From: an uncultured Prolixibacteraceae bacterium
GTDB lineage: Bacteria > Bacteroidota > Bacteroidia > Bacteroidales > FEN-979
Assembly (NCBI GenBank): GCA_964473485.1
Contig: CAYYPH010000019.1
Location: forward strand, 2,668 to 66,667
Direction of reading: 5' to 3'
DNA length: 64,000 nucleotides
Made by a program: the position numbers and the translations under genes. Below, piece after piece: positions 62,515-64,000 of this stretch. Under the pieces are notes generated by a model. It was not told the DNA's origin. It did not search any database and saw nothing but the letters and a program-made list of their open reading frames with translations. Each line of letters begins with the position of its first letter. Within the stretch, counting starts at the first letter, position 1.

Positions 62515-63501
62515 CTAATCAAGCTCTGAAAGTATGCTCTCCACCTCCTCCAGACTTCCGGCCGTCACCAGCCGCATCCGGTGTTTCCTGAAATCGGGAA
62601 CTCCCCTGAAATAGCCGCTGTACATCTTCCGGATCTCGAGCAGCGTGGCCCGTTCGCCTTTGTAGGGGATCGATGTGCCCAGGTGTTCGCGCAACACCGC
62701 GATGCGTTCGTGCAGACCGGGCGGATCAGCCGGGGGATTGCCGGCCAACGCATTTTTGATCTCACGGAATATCCATGGGTTGCCGGTGGCCGCGCGGCCG
62801 ACAAGGATGCCGTCGACGCCCCAGCGGTTCTTCATCTCCACGGCCTTCGCCCCCGAATCGATGTCGCCGTTGCCGAACACCGGGATCTTCATCCGGGGAT
62901 TGTCCTTCACCGCGCCGATCAGGGTCCAGTCGGCCACTCCGCCGTAAAGCTGGGCGCGGGTGCGTCCGTGAATGGCCAGGGCGCTTATACCAACATCCTG
63001 CAGATGTTCGGCAATGGTCACGATCTCTTTGTGCTCCTCATCCCACCCCAGGCGGGTTTTGGCAGTCACCGGCAGGCGGGTCGACCTGACCACCGCCTCC
63101 GCAATCCCGATCATCTTCGGGATGTCCTGCAAAAGGGCCGCCCCACCGCCCTTCATGACGATCTTGCGGACCGGGCATCCGAAGTTGAGGTCGATGTAAT
63201 CTGGATTGGCCTCCTGGGCCACTTCGGCCGCCTGCATCATGGTTTCGGCCGAACTCCCGAAGATCTGGATCCCCACCGGCCGTTCCTCCGGTTCGAACTG
63301 CAGCTTGATGCGGCTCTTCCAGGCGTCGCGGATCAGGCCGTCGGCCGAAATGAATTCAGTGACCACCACATCGGCGCCAAACCGCCTGCAGATGCGCCGG
63401 AAAGGCGAATCGGTGACATCCTCCATGGGCGCCAGGATCACGGGGAACTCCCCGGCTTCAACGTTTCCGATCCTTACCAAAATATCGTAATTTAGCCGCA
63501 A
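62515..63501 (-). CDS. dusB: tRNA-dihydrouridine synthase
   Basis: VILAPMEDVTD, DLNFGCP, HGRT. The track start is TTG only 15 nt from the divergent downstream ORF, so the true start may be internal. Confidence 0.9.
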   Translation of the reverse strand: MRLNYDILVRIGNVEAGEFPVILAPMEDVTDSPFRRICRRFGADVVVTEFISADGLIRDAWKSRIKLQFEPEERPVGIQIFGSSAETMMQAAEVAQEANPDYIDLNFGCPVRKIVMKGGGAALLQDIPKMIGIAEAVVRSTRLPVTAKTRLGWDEEHKEIVTIAEHLQDVGISALAIHGRTRAQLYGGVADWTLIGAVKDNPRMKIPVFGNGDIDSGAKAVEMKNRWGVDGILVGRAATGNPWIFREIKNALAGNPPADPPGLHERIAVLREHLGTSIPYKGERATLLEIRKMYSGYFRGVPDFRKHRMRLVTAGSLEEVESILSELD

Positions 63502-63516
63502 AAATAGCCAATTTCC

Positions 63517-64000
63517 GTGTACCTTCCCAAACCGCCGCTGCTCGACAGCCTGACCCCCTTTGCCCGGATTCTCTTTGCCATTTTGCTGATCATCAGCTGT
63601 TTTTCCATTTCCTTTCTGGCAGGGCTCCTACTGGTCCAACCGCTCTTCGGATTTTCGGTGAGCGACGTGATGCATTCCCTTGCCAATTATGACGATCCTG
63701 CAACCCTACGGGTGCTCGAGTTTTTCCAGGTCCTCCAGACCATCGGACTGTTCATCCTTCCTCCCCTGCTGGCCTCGTACTGTTTCGGCGCCGGCATCCC
63801 CTCCTACCTGAAGCTCGGCAAACCCTCCAAACCGCTCGTTTACCTGCTCACGGTTTTCCTGCTTTTTGCCTCCCTCCCGGCGATCAACTGGCTGATCGAC
63901 CTCAACGAAGCCATCCGACTGCCCGGTTTCCTGGGCGGCGTGGAAGCCTGGATGAAACAGACGGAGGAAGAGGCTGCGCGGCTTACCGAAGCATTCATGC
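63517..64000 (+). CDS. Partial membrane protein, possibly CPBP-family intramembrane protease (3' end beyond window)
   Basis: An open frame from GTG 63517 to the window end, absent from the ORF track because it has no stop. Translation VYLPKPPLLDSLTPFARILFAILLIISCFSISFLAGLLLV...LQTIGLFILPPLLASY...LLTVFLLFASLPAINWL is multi-TM. The family guess is weak. Confidence 0.4.
   Translation, partial: MYLPKPPLLDSLTPFARILFAILLIISCFSISFLAGLLLVQPLFGFSVSDVMHSLANYDDPATLRVLEFFQVLQTIGLFILPPLLASYCFGAGIPSYLKLGKPSKPLVYLLTVFLLFASLPAINWLIDLNEAIRLPGFLGGVEAWMKQTEEEAARLTEAFM

Noticed and set aside
62581-63495. Long antisense ORFs opposite real genes: 62581..63495 in dusB, 38082..38942 and 36729..37334 in nrdJ, 41568..42533 in the OMP gene, 23671..24441 in M28, 2870..3565 in the esterase, 48086..48856 in the HK
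   Set aside because: The opposite strand encodes proteins with unmistakable family motifs. The antisense products are Arg/Gly/Pro-rich with no motifs, as expected for GC-rich antisense frames.

Overview
A 64-kb chromosomal fragment that looks like Bacteroidota. The evidence is many Por/T9SS C-terminal sorting domains, TAnnTTTG-type -7 promoter boxes and a FISUMP domain, with roughly 50-55% GC by eye and clear AT-rich islets. I saw no rRNA, tRNA, CRISPR, transposase or integrase.

Left ~35 kb is accessory. It holds a ROK kinase, two DUF4185-like secreted paralogs, an esterase and an AAA/DUF4143 ATPase. A dense cluster follows: four paralogous multi-pass-membrane/GAF/HisKA_3 sensor kinases (three with a predicted periplasmic PDZ) and three NarL/LuxR-type response regulators. 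They are interleaved with nine secreted proteins carrying T9SS-type sorting domains: a beta-helix protein, two Ycf48/BNR-like double propellers, a FISUMP protein, a GH-like propeller, an M28 peptidase, a Kelch protein and an S8 protease, counting the DUF4185-like cargo upstream.

Right ~29 kb is housekeeping: radical SAM, nrdJ, an Omp85/TolB-like OMP, MBL hydrolase, GT9, tatD, SRAP, rsmI, an OmpR-type TCS, pgi, purN, acpP-fabF-rnc, ubiB-like kinase, pheS, PPIase, tdk and dusB.

Most interesting signals:
1. Eight promoter-like regions in the TCS cluster share one skeleton: a hexamer TAMNAC, N5, GNKNAT(TGAC/ACC), then a TAnnTTTG-like box exactly 39-40 nt downstream of the hexamer. They fall into three sequence classes. 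Each class sits in front of one regulator gene and its neighbouring T9SS cargo gene(s).
2. A dispersed family of mosaic heptamer/octamer tandem arrays sits at gene boundaries. One pair contains a perfect 42-bp inverted repeat bracketing the single ubiB-like gene.
3. A G/C-rich palindromic element sits in-frame at the same spot in the ATPase domain of the kinase paralogs. It resembles an inverted intergenic hairpin pair at 62.4 kb.
4. The kinase paralogs are clearly mosaic.

All family calls rest on motifs read by eye; no searches were run.
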